A stretch of DNA of 64,000 bases from Antedon mediterranea (lineage: Eukaryota > Animalia > Echinodermata): contig NC_092676.1 in the NCBI RefSeq assembly GCF_964355755.1, positions 29,592,871 to 29,656,870 of the forward strand, given 5' to 3'. The first letter of the stretch is position 1. Every line of letters starts with the position of its first letter. Below, piece after piece: positions 54,001 to 61,762 of the stretch. The notes beneath the pieces are model-generated. The model had not been told where the DNA came from, ran no database searches, and saw only the letters and a program-made list of their open reading frames with translations. A program made the position numbers and the translations under genes.

Positions 54001-54415
54001 GTAGGTAGATATCGGTAAGCAACGTATTCAAATTGTCCAGAACGCTGTGTCGAAGTTCTCCACAGAAAATGTCTTTTTCCATATGCACTTGATCAACTTC
54101 ACGGTCGGTATCGTGCCGAAGCAAATATAAAACTGTCGTTTGTTCCACATCAACATCTTTTAACGTTGCAAGAGAAGTTATGACGTGTAGCTGTCTTGTG
54201 CTTTGTAAGCCGCTTGGTGTTAATGCACTTGTTTGTGGTCGGTCTGAGTAGAAGAATAATTTATTTGGTCCGCCTTCTCCCAAAAATTTATTGATTAAAT
54301 CTAGCGTTTCTGACTCGCAGAGGAAATCTTCCAGCAGAGTTGGATTGTCACTGAATCCACCGATGTGAAATGATTCCTGGATTTTGGTTGCAATCCACCA
54401 ATGGCGCTCATCCAT
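1..54415 (-). CDS. Divergent axonemal dynein heavy chain, gamma/outer-arm (DNAH5/DNAH8)-like; multi-exon, 3' end lies beyond the left edge of the window
   Basis: GT-AG exons splice in frame in the dynein domain order. Tail: [25 protein letters not shown] (46618-46922). Linker: [15 protein letters not shown] (34558-34739) and [13 protein letters not shown] (34129-34329). AAA1: [13 protein letters not shown]2: GEPGTGKS and [12 protein letters not shown]3: GPPGSGKT and FIDD. AAA4 is near 18200, stalk/MTBD at 9700-14100, AAA5 WPLLCDP, AAA6 WVLLQN, FRLWIS and RFGRAGWN. The first coding exon is 53867-54415. Confidence 0.95.
218..352. mobile_element. Harbinger-type MITE copy
   Basis: Same TIRs and internal CATATATGGACATGATG core. 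Confidence 0.75.
700..1103. mobile_element. Harbinger-type MITE whose right TIR plus flank is tandemly amplified (46-bp unit, about 6 copies)
   Basis: Unit AAACTAGTTTGATAGTGTGAACAGAGCTTTAACAACATAAATATAC repeated across 828-1103. Confidence 0.85.
1680..2010. repeat. Tandem duplication (about 165 bp x2) containing deleted MITE derivatives
   Basis: ACATATTTTGATGTAGTATTATGTAA(A)GCTATCAAACTA...CAGAGCTTT occurs twice. Confidence 0.65.
7097..7238. mobile_element. Harbinger-type MITE copy
   Basis: TIRs with TAA/TAA flanks. Confidence 0.8.
7655..7786. mobile_element. Harbinger-type MITE copy (left end lost)
   Basis: Core and right TIR present. Confidence 0.7.
9045..9204. mobile_element. PIF/Harbinger-type MITE (about 160 bp), representative intact copy
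   Basis: TIR AGCTCTGTCTACACTATCAAA / TTTGATAGT(G/T)TAGACAGAGCT with TAA on both sides. Confidence 0.85.
9301..9612 (+). mobile_element. tRNA-derived SINE with Deu/Nin-like central domain, full length
   Basis: A box TGGCCGAGCGG and B box GGTTCGAG. Core CTCGGATAAGGAC..AAACCGTAGGTCC..TTAAAGAACC..GAGTAGGGGGTTACCCCGGTGT, then an A-rich tail. Five copies in the window. Confidence 0.85.
9708..14135 (-). CDS. Dynein stalk coiled coils and microtubule-binding domain exons
   Basis: Coiled-coil exons flank [24 protein letters not shown] ... WKQLQVTM ... [19 protein letters not shown], lying between AAA4 and AAA5. Confidence 0.8.
10853..10961. repeat. 29-bp tandem repeat, about 3.7 copies
   Basis: Unit TATAAATACTACGGAGGTCTCTCAAACCA. 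Confidence 0.9.
13130..13283. mobile_element. Harbinger-type MITE copy with duplicated left end
   Basis: CTCTGTCTACAC occurs twice, followed by the core. Confidence 0.75.
13730..13942 (+). mobile_element. L2/CR1-type LINE 3'-end remnant (similar remnants near 14815-14900, 21530-21730, 37880-38090, 49680-49960 and 50300-50550)
   Basis: Remnants of the WNNLP..IK..FK..LKT C-terminus and a GCGCTATATAA plus microsatellite tail. Confidence 0.55.
15648..15814. mobile_element. Harbinger-type MITE copy
   Basis: Both TIRs intact. Confidence 0.8.
16468..16651. mobile_element. Small TIR element (second Harbinger-like MITE family)
   Basis: GGCAAATTTACACAAA..CGGTGACAGTAA versus TTACTGTTACCG..TTTGTGTAAATTGGTC. 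Confidence 0.55.
17450..17985. repeat. Degenerate 13-bp minisatellite (GATGACAGAAASA)n filling an intron
   Basis: About 40 variant units. Confidence 0.93.
19590..21169 (-). CDS. Dynein AAA3 exons
   Basis: Walker A GPPGSGKT (21086-21109), then [20 protein letters not shown] and HYIFTLRD. Confidence 0.9.
22306..24658. repeat. 15-bp minisatellite (CATAGGGACACCCAG), about 157 copies, intronic
   Basis: Near-perfect array with three G>A variant units and one 1-bp deletion near 22730. Confidence 0.99.
24683..24843. mobile_element. Harbinger-type MITE copy
   Basis: Both TIRs with TAA/TAA flanks. Confidence 0.8.
25103..25906 (-). CDS. Dynein AAA2 exons
   Basis: Walker A GEPGTGKS (25869-25892), then [21 protein letters not shown] and SPATISRAG (arginine finger for AAA1). 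Confidence 0.9.
26795..26815 (-). CDS. Candidate 21-nt dynein microexon (PSLGDKQ)
   Basis: ccttttaag|21 nt|gtaagg, phase 1/1 matching the neighbouring exons. Confidence 0.5.
26999..27265 (+). mobile_element. Deu/Nin-like SINE copy (diverged, with internal deletions)
   Basis: Colinear with 9301-9612. Confidence 0.8.
27388..30785 (-). CDS. Dynein AAA1 exons (30657-30785, 29936-30103, 29698-29835, 29042-29265, 27388-27539)
   Basis: Motifs in order: [11 protein letters not shown]; Walker A GGTGVGKT (30047-30070); Walker B WACLDEF; FMTVN (sensor I); [11 protein letters not shown]; [17 protein letters not shown]. Confidence 0.9.
27857..28014. mobile_element. Harbinger-type MITE copy
   Basis: Both TIRs present. 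Confidence 0.8.
28277..28403. mobile_element. Small TIR element (third MITE family; related copy at 62770-62887)
   Basis: TIR AGCTTGGTTCCCACT / AGTGGGAACCACGCT. Confidence 0.6.
28517..28619 (-). CDS. Candidate duplicated alternative exon of dynein AAA1 (cassette, mutually exclusive or terminal)
   Basis: Pyrimidine tract plus CAG acceptor in the correct phase 2. The peptide [20 protein letters not shown] aligns without gaps to [20 protein letters not shown] of exon 27388-27539. There is an internal G|GTATGA donor at 28532 and an in-frame TGA at 28517. Confidence 0.5.
29575..29689. mobile_element. Harbinger-type MITE copy ending about 6 nt from a dynein donor site
   Basis: Core and right TIR present. 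Confidence 0.7.
30272..30460 (+). mobile_element. Deu/Nin-like SINE copy, 5'-truncated
   Basis: Matches the core and tail of 9301-9612. Confidence 0.8.
31064..31573. repeat. 39-bp minisatellite, 13 copies
   Basis: Unit ACAGGACCCTTGATAGCCATGCATCATAACCACCCAGCC. Confidence 0.97.
31797..32035. repeat. Compound tandem repeat (AATAGCCACAGAGTCATTAAGGCTGCTGG) x5
   Basis: Direct reading. Confidence 0.85.
32677..32890 (+). mobile_element. Second tRNA-derived SINE family, degenerate
   Basis: A-box-like TAGCTTGGTG, B box GGTTCAATCC and an A-rich tail. Confidence 0.5.
34398..34535. mobile_element. Harbinger-type MITE copy (right end lost)
   Basis: Left TIR and core present. Confidence 0.7.
35815..36052. 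mobile_element. Two adjacent Harbinger-type MITE copies
   Basis: Two cores separated by TTTAA at about 35940. Confidence 0.7.
36258..36533 (+). mobile_element. Deu/Nin-like SINE copy
   Basis: Near-identical to 9329-9600. Confidence 0.85.
38492..38795 (-). mobile_element. Deu/Nin-like SINE copy, reverse orientation
   Basis: The reverse complement matches 9301-9612. Confidence 0.8.
39533..40268. repeat. Two-unit minisatellite (31/41 bp; CTACCATATAAGGAATGAAGGGTCAATTATC with or without AAGGAGGATC)
   Basis: Direct reading. The last half-unit reappears at 42727-42752, beyond the LINE. Confidence 0.95.
40269..42727 (-). mobile_element. 5'-truncated, frameshifted non-LTR retrotransposon (CR1/L2 group, Crack/Daphne-like) ORF2 with reverse transcriptase
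   Basis: Three overlapping frames (42173-42751, 41800-42294, 40650-41903) give [35 protein letters not shown] and LYADDT. The 3' UTR has AATAAA and a (TTGAA)n tail at about 40270-40310. Confidence 0.93.
43912..44024. mobile_element. Harbinger-type MITE copy, internally deleted
   Basis: TIR remnants present. Confidence 0.65.
45203..45764. mobile_element. Harbinger-type MITE interrupted by a nested element
   Basis: Left half 45203-45295 and right half 45731-45764. Confidence 0.7.
45296..45730. mobile_element. Tc1/mariner-superfamily (Tc2/pogo-like) MITE
   Basis: Perfect 32-bp TIR CCGTAAAACCTCGAAAAGAAGCCCATGGGCTT, TA target duplication, and internal repeats of TCGAAAAGAAGCCC. Confidence 0.88.
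47268..47425. repeat. About 67-bp tandem repeat, about 2.4 copies (related copy near 51625)
   Basis: CACAACATTGTCATTTTTTCAGTGC..TATCTC.ATTGAGATCCAG. Confidence 0.7.
48131..48348. repeat. About 61-bp tandem repeat, about 3.5 copies, abutting a donor site
   Basis: CATAATTCAAGGTAGATCAAGTATGTAGAT...AAACAGGCTGCAGAACC. Confidence 0.85.
48594..48872. repeat. About 85-bp tandem repeat, about 3.3 copies, abutting an acceptor site
   Basis: CATTTACAATAGATTAACATTAGTAATTGTACAGTACATA... Confidence 0.8.
51141..51280. mobile_element. Harbinger-type MITE copy
   Basis: Both TIRs, diverged. Confidence 0.75.
51991..52138. mobile_element. Harbinger-type MITE copy
   Basis: TIR and core present. Confidence 0.7.
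53366..53392 (-). CDS. Candidate 27-nt dynein microexon (NAWCLHDDV)
   Basis: gacag|27 nt|gtaag, phase 0/0 matching the flanking exons, no stop codon. Confidence 0.45.
53448..53590. repeat. 23-bp AT-rich tandem repeat, about 6 copies
   Basis: Unit AAACAACATTAAATACATTAAAA. Confidence 0.9.
53867..54415 (-). CDS. Dynein heavy chain first (largest) coding exon, [16 protein letters not shown]...
   Basis: 183-codon open frame with an acceptor at 54443 and a GTAAAC donor at 53866. It continues in frame into exon 52241-52392. Confidence 0.8.
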
Positions 54416-54588
54416 ACTGACTGTATGATTTTGAATATTTTGCTACAATACAAGAAAAAAAATTATAAGATTAATAAATGACCGTGTGTTTGTTGGTCGC
54501 AGCAGAACCGTACTTGATCCAGGACGACCAGGGAGTGCCAGCAGGGTCAATAAACAAATGATGGTCTAGGCCTAGTGCATACTCTAGG

Positions 54589-55351
54589 GGTGTCTGATCA
54601 TTTCGGCCGCCAGTCATTTCGGTAGCCGGTTATGGAATTGCTAAATTCATGAAACGCCAAAAAGGACAAAATATGTATTGTTAATTTCGGCCGCCAGAAT
54701 TGTAATTATTCTTGAATATGTATGACACGCCATGTGTGTTAAAATGTTAATATTTTACTAAATACTGTATTATTAAGCCGAATCGGCGGTCTTCAATTCC
54801 AGAAACAGTTGCGATATTATAGCGTGCACATTGCCATCACTACAGTGAATATTAATGATATTTTTTTAATAAGAAGGAGGTGATGCTGAAGTTTTTTTTA
54901 TGTGCCAGTCAAAAACACTTGACTTGATTCATATTAAAAGAAACACATTTTTACAAAGCACACGCATCTTCGGGACTTAAAAATAAATTAAAAAATAAAC
55001 ATTAAATTAATATTCATTTTGACCAAAATATTCAGACGGTAAAATACTGTAACTAATATAACTTTAAATCTATGCCTACGGCAAAAACAAAATGTATTTA
55101 GCCCATTGCACAATTGATCTCTAGTTTAAATGACCATAGTTCTCTGTGGCGTTCCATAGACTTGATAAAGTTTTTTTTTTTTCACTGTAATACTGTACAG
55201 TTAATGAGTTATTTCTGGCTATTTCAATTTGGCGCGCCATACCTGGCGGCCGAAATGATCATGCCATATTTTGTCCTTTTTGGAGTTTCATGAATTTGGG
55301 CGTTCCATAACCGGCGGCCGAAATGATTGGCGGGCGAAATGCACTGTGACC
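54589..55351. mobile_element. Non-autonomous DNA transposon with about 120-bp imperfect TIRs and an 8-bp TSD (Merlin/MULE-like)
   Basis: ACTCTAGG is duplicated at 54581-54588 and 55352-55359. Termini are GGT...ACC, with CATTTCGGCCGCC / GGCGGCCGAAATG repeated within the TIRs. Confidence 0.8.
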
Positions 55352-55659
55352 ACTCTAGGCAGGCTAGGCCCAAGTTCAAGTTAGGCCTAGGCTAGGTAGG
55401 CCTAGTTATTTTAATATAAAGGCCTCCTACAAAATGTATTTATTAGCATGCAAGAAGGGCCGAGCAGATACTCTACACTACCTACTAGGCCTACTAGGCT
55501 ACACCTAGGCCTATACTCTAGGCCTAGGCCTAAATACATTATACTATTTGTAGGTCTAGGCCTAGTCTAGACTAGTTCTATGCCCGTTATTCATTCATTC
55601 ATATGCATAATTTTATCAGAAATAAATACTGCAAATAGTACTTTTAACAGATTGTTCAA

Positions 55660-55805
55660 TCAGGGAGTTGTCTCCCTGGTTCAATCGACTTTTGTTTACA
55701 TCCAGGACGCCGCCATTTTTATCCCGTCGTCAAGGGTCTTCATTTGCAAATCCCCGAGCTTGATACAAAATCAATCAACCATCACCTTGCTGTGATTGGT
55801 TAATC
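55660..55805 (-). promoter_or_regulatory. Probable dynein promoter or non-coding first exon region
   Basis: YY1-type AAAATGGCGGCG on the minus strand (about 55708-55719), forkhead TGTTTAC (about 55693) and a CCAAT box (ATTGG about 55795), located 5' of the first coding exon's acceptor. Confidence 0.35.
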
Positions 55806-55892
55806 GTTAAATTAAGATTTGTAGCGGCTGAAACATGATATGGAACGCTACGAGTGGCACAAAAAAATGAAATAAACAAATCAGTGTTTGAT

Positions 55893-56132
55893 TTTCCATC
55901 CGTGTTTATCACTCACCGATCGTGTCACATGGTTGACATCCCTATTCATTCCGTGTTTATATCACTCGCAAATCAGTGTGACGTGACGGGTGACATCCCT
56001 TTCCATTCCGTGTTTATCACTCACCGATCAGTGTCACATGATTGACATCCCTTTTCATCCCGTTTATCACTCGCCGCAAGTGTCACATAGGTGACACCCC
56101 TTTCCATCCCGTGTTTAGGCTATATCACTCGC
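55893..56132. repeat. Degenerate tandem repeat of about 50 bp, about 5 copies, upstream of the dynein 5' end
   Basis: CCGTGTTTATCACTC..GTGTCACATG.TGACATCCCT. Confidence 0.8.
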
Positions 56133-58224
56133 GCACCGGAATCACCTTTTCCTTTCGGTTTTCCATTGAGTATAGTGCTCGAACCAACCATTAAATAACA
56201 AAGACACGAGTCTTCCCTGCTGAGCTACCTAGGTACTCGCCGAAAGTTGAATTGAATTTATTCCCGATAAACATAGCTAGATTCAAAAAGAGGGAGGAGA
56301 GAGAGAGGTTTGAGAAAAACGTTTAAGAATGGGAATGAATTCATAATTTTTCTTGTGTTCACGTGTGTCGCTACGTTTAGTACGTGCTTACGCTGGTGCT
56401 TACGACCAGGTTATCAAGGGATCAAGTTTTAGTACGGGTTATATGTCTTCCAGCTCGATATTTGTCCCAAAATTGATTTTTTTAGCTAACTTTGTTATTC
56501 TTGAGATGCTGAAGAATCCAAAAAAGTTAGGTGCCATTTTTTTAAACCACTCCTTCAGCCGCCATTTTGTATTTGGTCATCCATGGTATCATTGGAAAGG
56601 GAATGTAATACAGATTGTATTATTCCATTACACCCATAGATTTTGTATTCTGAATACAGTTTTACTAATATCTATTCTATTTTCCTTTGTTTATTGTCAT
56701 AATTTTCCAATTATGTAAATAAATTGTTTTTAAATGTACAATGAAAAAAGTAGTCTCCTTCGTAATAAGATAAATACGGTTTTTCTTATTATTTTATTTT
56801 TAGTAGTTTACATTTCTGTTTTTCGTAAAAAGACAAAAAATGCTACGTGTCATGGTATCATTTGCGTAGCGTTCAAAATCATTTGTATTTTTGTCAAAGT
56901 GGGTACCACACAATATAAAGCCATCTGTGCACAATGCCAATGTTAATTGGCATGCCTTTCTCTTTGAACGTCAGATGAAGTGCAGCAAACAGAATGTTTC
57001 GATATTATTATAGGCTACAGTGAAAAAATCTTTTTTAGTACTCTTGGGTACGGTGGCTTCTTTTCAACCGGTAAGCTTTTTTTCCGCATGGGGTTCTTTT
57101 CAAGATTACTTTTGCAAACTAAAGGAGGGGAGCTTCTAGGTTCCCGCCCGGAAAATTGTATCTTTACATGATTTGAATTTCTAATAAAGATTAGCAAAAT
57201 CAAAAATTAACTTTTAAATTTAATTTTGTTGCTTAGCAAAGACAATTTTGAAAAAAATATTTATTGAAATATGAAATTAAATATTAAGTCTCCAGTTAAG
57301 CTCACCATGGTTGGGGCAGAGCTAAGAATGAAAGCTTATTCTCCGGAAATTATGAAACGAAATATATAAGTCTTCAGGATCAGCCATATAATGGTGATTG
57401 TTTCCCAAGTGTGAGACATGCAATGCACGCGGCCGTGACGGTAATTCAACAAAACAAAATTATGAAATACAAACAGAGCTAGCACAGAAAAGCCTACTTA
57501 CTAATTTTAATATTTCTATAATTTAGAAAACAATTACAATTATCACCTTTGATAATTATAATGTTAAATTTCAACTATCCAGATGCGAAGTTTAGGTTGG
57601 GTTTTAAAAAACTTGACTTCATATGCTTCAATTTCGAAGATCTGCTTAAAACATATTTATTTATTTATTCTACCATAAACTTTTATTCACAACATAATAT
57701 CAGTAGGCCTACAATACAATATCTTGCATGAAACGGATATTAAAAAATACACTATAATGTATAACGGTAGATTTATAATTATAATGTAAAAGATTAACAA
57801 AATAAAAATGTAGTGTTGTGTGTTGATCGCGAATGACTAACAATACCATCTTTCCCACAGCACATGTGCACACTCATTTGCATAATAAACGCACGGCATA
57901 CCAAACTACGATGAGATAAAATTAATTCTCTTCTAACACGTAACGAAGAGAATTAATTCCCTTTTTTTTACATTAAAATAAATTGAGGGCGCTAAACATA
58001 AAATTTAAACCACCAAAGCAGTTTGCGAGAGCCAAAAAAAAAAAAAGATGGTAAATGTGCTCTCCCTGCCTCAGCACTAAGGCCCTGCCACAGCCTTTTG
58101 GGGTCGTTTCCACCACATCACCAGATGCATTGATGTTGTCGCCTCATGATGTGTGGTGGAAAGGGGGACGTATGATCTGTGAACCTCAAACACAGTGGCT
58201 CGCATAGCCTTAACTCTATTCCAC

Positions 58225-58297
58225 CGACCAGCATGGGAATCGAACCCACGACATACGTGTTGTTAACACGACGCTCAGACGACTGAGCTAATTGATC
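58225..58297 (-). tRNA. tRNA-like sequence (Ile-type body, AAC anticodon); probably a pseudogene or Pol III head
   Basis: GATCAATTAGCTCAGTCGTCTGAGCGTCGTGTTAACAACACGTATGTCGTGGGTTCGATTCCCATGCTGGTCG folds into a cloverleaf, but it lacks the D-loop GG and has stem mismatches. Confidence 0.55.
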
Positions 58298-58392
58298 ATT
58301 TTGGTTTTAGCAAGGTTAATAGGATATTTATGACGTAATGATCAATTACGTAATACACGTATAAATAGACTATTATCAGCTTTTCAGTCATG

Positions 58393-58466
58393 TATTTGGT
58401 AGCGTAACGGGTAATGCTCAGTTTTGAGTGCTATCGGCTGGGGTTCGAACCTCGACGGATATTTTT
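58393..58466 (+). pseudogene. Degenerate tRNA-like sequence followed by TTTTT
   Basis: A box TAGCGTAACGG, D stem GCGT/ATGC and B box GGTTCGAACC. The anticodon arm is poor. Confidence 0.45.
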
Positions 58467-58584
58467 GTTTGTTTTGAATATTGTTTTTTTTAAATAGAGA
58501 TATGTGACATTGTATTGTCGAACAATGGTACCATACCGGTAGGTATTCAAATATGCTTAATACGAAAAGATATTGATGAAAGAG

Positions 58585-58892
58585 ATTGAGCACAGTGTGT
58601 ATTAACATACGAAAAGATATTAAAATTCAGTGACTTATTTCTATTTTATATTACTATGCTCCCCTGGCTCCAAATTGGGTCCACATGAGCACAATGTAAT
58701 AACATACGAAACGATATTAAAATTAGTGACTTATTTCTATTTTATATCACTGTGCTCCACTGGCTCCAAATTGTGTCGACTTGAGCACAGTGTATTAGCA
58801 TACGAAAAGATATTAACATTCAATGACTTGTTTCTATTTATATCACTGTGCTCCATTGGATCCAAATTGGGTCCACTTGAGCACAGTGTACT
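58585..58892. repeat. About 95-bp tandem repeat x3, each unit with an internal inverted repeat
   Basis: CATACGAAAAGATATTAA..CACTGTGCTC-N25-GAGCACAGTG. Confidence 0.85.
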
Positions 58893-58939
58893 GGTGCTAA
58901 ACTTGGTCCAGTGAACCAGTTACCGTACTACTATATTTC

Positions 58940-59046
58940 TATTTCGGAAGTAAATAAAGGCATAAATGGCGCTCCGTAGAAGTAGAGAATGCTCGATCGT
59001 CGAAATGACGCTCTGAATATACCTCACGCACACACACATATTAATC
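58940..59046 (+). promoter_or_regulatory. Probable NUDC core promoter and 5' UTR
   Basis: ETS-type CGGAAGT and YY1-type AAATGGCG within 105 bp of the ATG; locally CpG-richer. Confidence 0.4.
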
Positions 59047-61364
59047 ATGGCGGTGACTGGAGATGATGATCGTTTTGATGGGATGTTGCTGGCAATGGCT
59101 CAGCAGCATGAGGGTGGAGTACAGCAGGTAAGTTGTCTTTTATATACTGAATAACTGCAATATTGCATATTGTGTAATTTTGAAGACATTTGATAATATA
59201 TATATGAAATGGCTAGGCTAAGAAAAGTCTTGCAAAAGCGATACTGGTGGGGTGACAAAACGCGGTTTGGATTGCCTGAATTGTGGCCACGAGATGGTTA
59301 ACAGTCGGCCTAGCCAGATGTACTTGTTTGCCTAAACAATATTAACATTTTAACCAGTAATTAAGTACGTTTTCTCACTCATTTATTTTCTCTTTCAGTT
59401 GATCGACACATTTTTTTCGTTTCTAAGAAGAAAAACTGATTTCTTTACAGGAGCTGAAAAGGGACGAGCTGAACAGGTAGGTAGGGTTTTTTAAGGAGTG
59501 AAGTGCCCTCTATAATATAGTAAATTATTGAACGATTCCTTGTAATTACTAGAATTAAATGTAATGTTATCTTTTATAAAAACAGCTTGTAATGGATAGC
59601 TTAAAGAAACATCAGAAGGAAGCGATAAAAACACAACATAAAAAACAGGAAGATAATGAGGCAGCAAAGAAAGCCAGAGAAGAAAAAAAGCGTAAAGAAG
59701 CCGAAAAATCAGCAGCAGCGGCAGCATCCGACACGGCAGAGATTAAAGAAATAACGGACGAAGAAGCCGAACAGTTACAGAAACAAATTGATAGCAAAGT
59801 ATGCATCAAAGAATTTTTGCTGTACCTTAACAAAAAAAGTGTCAAAATATGGTAGTGATATGCCTAAATATGGTAGTGATATGACATCATCGTGTCCATA
59901 TATGGGTACATCACATCACAAGTTTGATAGTGTAGACAGAGCTTCATTTACTCTTCACACTCCATTATCCCCTGCTTGCTGATTCCATTAGCCATAACAT
60001 TGTACTGTATATGTATTTGATTTTTTAATTTTTCAATGCATAATATACAAAGTGCGACTATACTCGCGCTCAAAGCATTTTGCGCGTTGATTTAAAAACT
60101 GGGTTACAAGTGAATAAGTTGTACATTATTTACTTTTTGATTATTGTTTTTTTTTAGAAAAGTGAAAAGCCAGAGTCTTCTGCTGATGCCAAAGAGGAAA
60201 AGATTACAGAGAAAAAAGATCCGGTAATTATTCGTTTTTAATTTTCATCCAGTGAATTGAATATTTATTTTAAGTATTAAGCAATTAATAATTAATTGGT
60301 ATCTTCAATATTCAGTCAGATGATGAGGAAGAGGATGAAGATGATAAGGGGAAACTGAAACCCAATTCTGGTAATGGATGCGACTTGGACAAATATAGCT
60401 GGACACAGACTCTTCAAGAGTTAGATGTAAGTATTATGTCACACTTGGCCTAACATAACAATTAAACTGGGTCAGGGAGTGAAGTGCGATACACTACTGT
60501 ATAGTCCATAAATTAATATTGCTTGAAAATTCAAATTACTTTTTCTAGGTCCGTGTTCCTTCACCTATAAAAAAAATCAAGTCTCGAGATGTGATTGTAG
60601 AATTTACAAAACGTACCCTGAAAGTTGGTCTGAAAGGACACCCACCAATTATTAATGGAGAGCTCAACAAAGAAATAAAATTAGAAGAATCATTTTGGAC
60701 TCTGCAAGATAGTTGTATTATTGTACTCAATATGGAAAAGGTAACGCTTTCATACTAGAAATATCTATTAAGCATTTATTTATAATAAAAATTCTGTATC
60801 ACAGTATCAGAGGGCAATTATATTTCATTTTTGTTGACATTATTAGGTGAATCAAATGGAATGGTGGAGCCGCTTATTAGTAACTGATCCGGAAATTAAC
60901 ACGAAAAAAGTTCAACCTGAAAATTCAAAGGTACGTGTAATATTCCAACAACAAAATGTGATGTTCCCATATACTGTAATGGACATGGTGATGTCATATC
61001 ACTACCATATTTGTTATAAGAACTAAAAGCAATAGGAGGTTTTGATTGACAACATTTTAAGATCGGTTTATCTTACAGTTGAGTGATTTAGACGGAGAGA
61101 CGAGGGGAATGGTAGAGAAAATGATGTATGATCAGCGTCAGAAACAAATGGGATTACCGACATCAGACGACCAAAAGAAACAAGAAATGCTTCAAAAGTA
61201 GGTCAACATCCATTTTATATTTGACTGAATCATCGATAAATTGACCTGAGCTATGACCTCATTATCTATGAAATTCTAATATATTATCTTTTTTTTATTG
61301 TCTTTGTTTTAGATTCATGGCACAGCATCCTGAAATGGACTTTTCTAAAGCTCAGATCAATTAA
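59047..61364 (+). CDS. NUDC: Nuclear distribution/migration protein NudC (CS-domain Hsp90 co-chaperone, dynein-pathway factor)
   Basis: Nine exons: 59047-59127, 59399-59476, 59586-59798, 60158-60223, 60316-60426, 60549-60740, 60847-60930, 61079-61197, 61313-61364. Motifs: [98 protein letters not shown]. Confidence 0.97.
59818..59944. mobile_element. Harbinger-type MITE copy in NUDC intron 3
   Basis: Core and right TIR present. Confidence 0.7.
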
Positions 61365-61762
61365 ACGCAATTTATTGTGCAGACTCCGAAGGAACTTTTC
61401 CGAACCACTGCTGGAAATACAATTCCTTTTTTGTGCTTCTTAGTTTTAGTAACTGCAATACATTTTTTATACTGGCCAAATTTATCAAAATGGCAGTGAA
61501 CAATGAGATTACATTATAATGTATCCATTGATATACACAGTACTTCAACGAGGTAGTGTCATCATTGCATAAGTTTATTATAAGTAAACAAAATATCAAA
61601 CAATGTGTAGTATCTTTAGTTTTGTTTTTGTTATAAAGAAATAAATAATCCTGTGAACTGTACAAATCTGTTGGCATTCATTTGAAGTTGTAGCATATTG
61701 TGTAATGCTCAACAGCTGTATTCTCACCTCATGCACATCATCAATATTTATTTTAAATAAAA

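Noticed and set aside
1-54415. Calling the dynein DNAH5/DNAH8 proper, or a pseudogene
   Set aside because: Too diverged for a symbol without phylogeny. The exons examined keep frame and splice sites, which argues against a pseudogene.
55665-55685. Possible RFX X-box (GTCTCCCTGGTTC)
   Set aside because: The second half-site (AAC) is missing, so it is too weak to call.
56350-57420. Short ORFs and transposon-like sequence in the intergenic spacer
   Set aside because: No recognisable protein motif, and I could not define TIRs or a TSD.
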